A stretch of DNA of 63,915 nucleotides, filler included, from Octopus bimaculoides (taxonomy: Eukaryota), in assembly GCF_001194135.2 (NCBI RefSeq). It is 7 parts of 7 records of this genome, joined end to end, with 100 filler letters (N's around TTAATTAATTAA, not from the genome) between each part and the next. Parts side by side here need not be neighbours in the genome. Positions count along the whole stretch, not along the records: positions 62,668 to 63,915 come from NC_068990.1; 6 more parts are not named here. One strand, 5' to 3'. Below are positions 63,442 to 63,915 of the stretch, in pieces (within the stretch, counting starts at the first letter, position 1; each line of letters opens with the position of its first letter). The notes below the pieces were generated by a model, which was given only the letters and a program-made list of their open reading frames with translations, was not told the origin of the DNA and searched no databases. Position numbers and translations under genes: made by a program.

Positions 63442-63915
63442 TATATATTAAATTCAAATTACGACAAACGTAAACAAACAAACGAANNNNNNNNNNATGC
63501 ATACATACACACATATTTGCTTGCATACACACATTATTTGGGTTGAGTCAACTTCTTGCTAATCTGATTATCACCTGTAGGCACATAGGATGTTCAGTTG
63601 TTACTGGAAAATTAATGGTGGGTGGGAGTTCATATTTATATATAGTTGTACCCTTCTAGTCACAAGATGTAATTGATGGTGAGAAGAAAGTATGATAAGA
63701 AGGTGGAGAGGAAAATAACAGGAAAGAAAGAAAGAGGGGAAAGAGAAAGGAAAACAAAAAGAAAAATAAGGAGAAAGGAAGAAAAAGAAAGGAAGAAGGA
63801 AAAGACAGAAACAAGAGCAAATGATATACAAAGAGTAATGGAGAAGAGACGAAAATGAATAATGTAAAAAAGGAAGACAAGAGAGAAGATTAAACAATAT
63901 ATATATATATATATA

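Noticed and set aside
1-63915. CRISPR arrays, rRNA genes or prokaryotic operons
   Set aside because: None seen; the window is intron-rich eukaryotic DNA, and the regular repeats are microsatellites or transposon-derived.

Overview
Repeat-dense, gappy animal genomic scaffold. The SINE families, RTE tails and (AT)n/(CA)n/(GAT)n microsatellites point to an octopus or other coleoid cephalopod (inference). Host coding content: (i) a minus-strand ankyrin-repeat gene with three solid, phase-compatible exons (31856-31705, 29678-29522, 27949 to the gap at 27404) and a probable fourth (26257-26147); (ii) three plus-strand exons (38000-38142, 40573-40644, 42436-42641) that splice in frame into a Mind bomb/IAP-type RING finger followed by a C-terminal Death domain; the ORF track shows only the RING exon. 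Together they suggest an ANK-RING-Death E3 ligase/adaptor, but the two halves lie on opposite strands, so this is either a misassembly/inversion or a paralogue cluster. The rest is decayed mobile DNA: mariner, Tc1, hAT, Helitrons with clear termini, Penelope-like elements, RTE, CR1/L2-like and R2-superfamily LINE fragments, SINEs, MITEs and a foldback element. Short Penelope-related repeats carry a minimal hammerhead-ribozyme fold with a non-canonical core (intact-looking at 12406-12442, mutated at 6141-6177, truncated at a Penelope endonuclease junction at 14295-14313). N-flanked TTAATTAATTAA inserts and duplications around 10-N gaps are treated as assembly artefacts.
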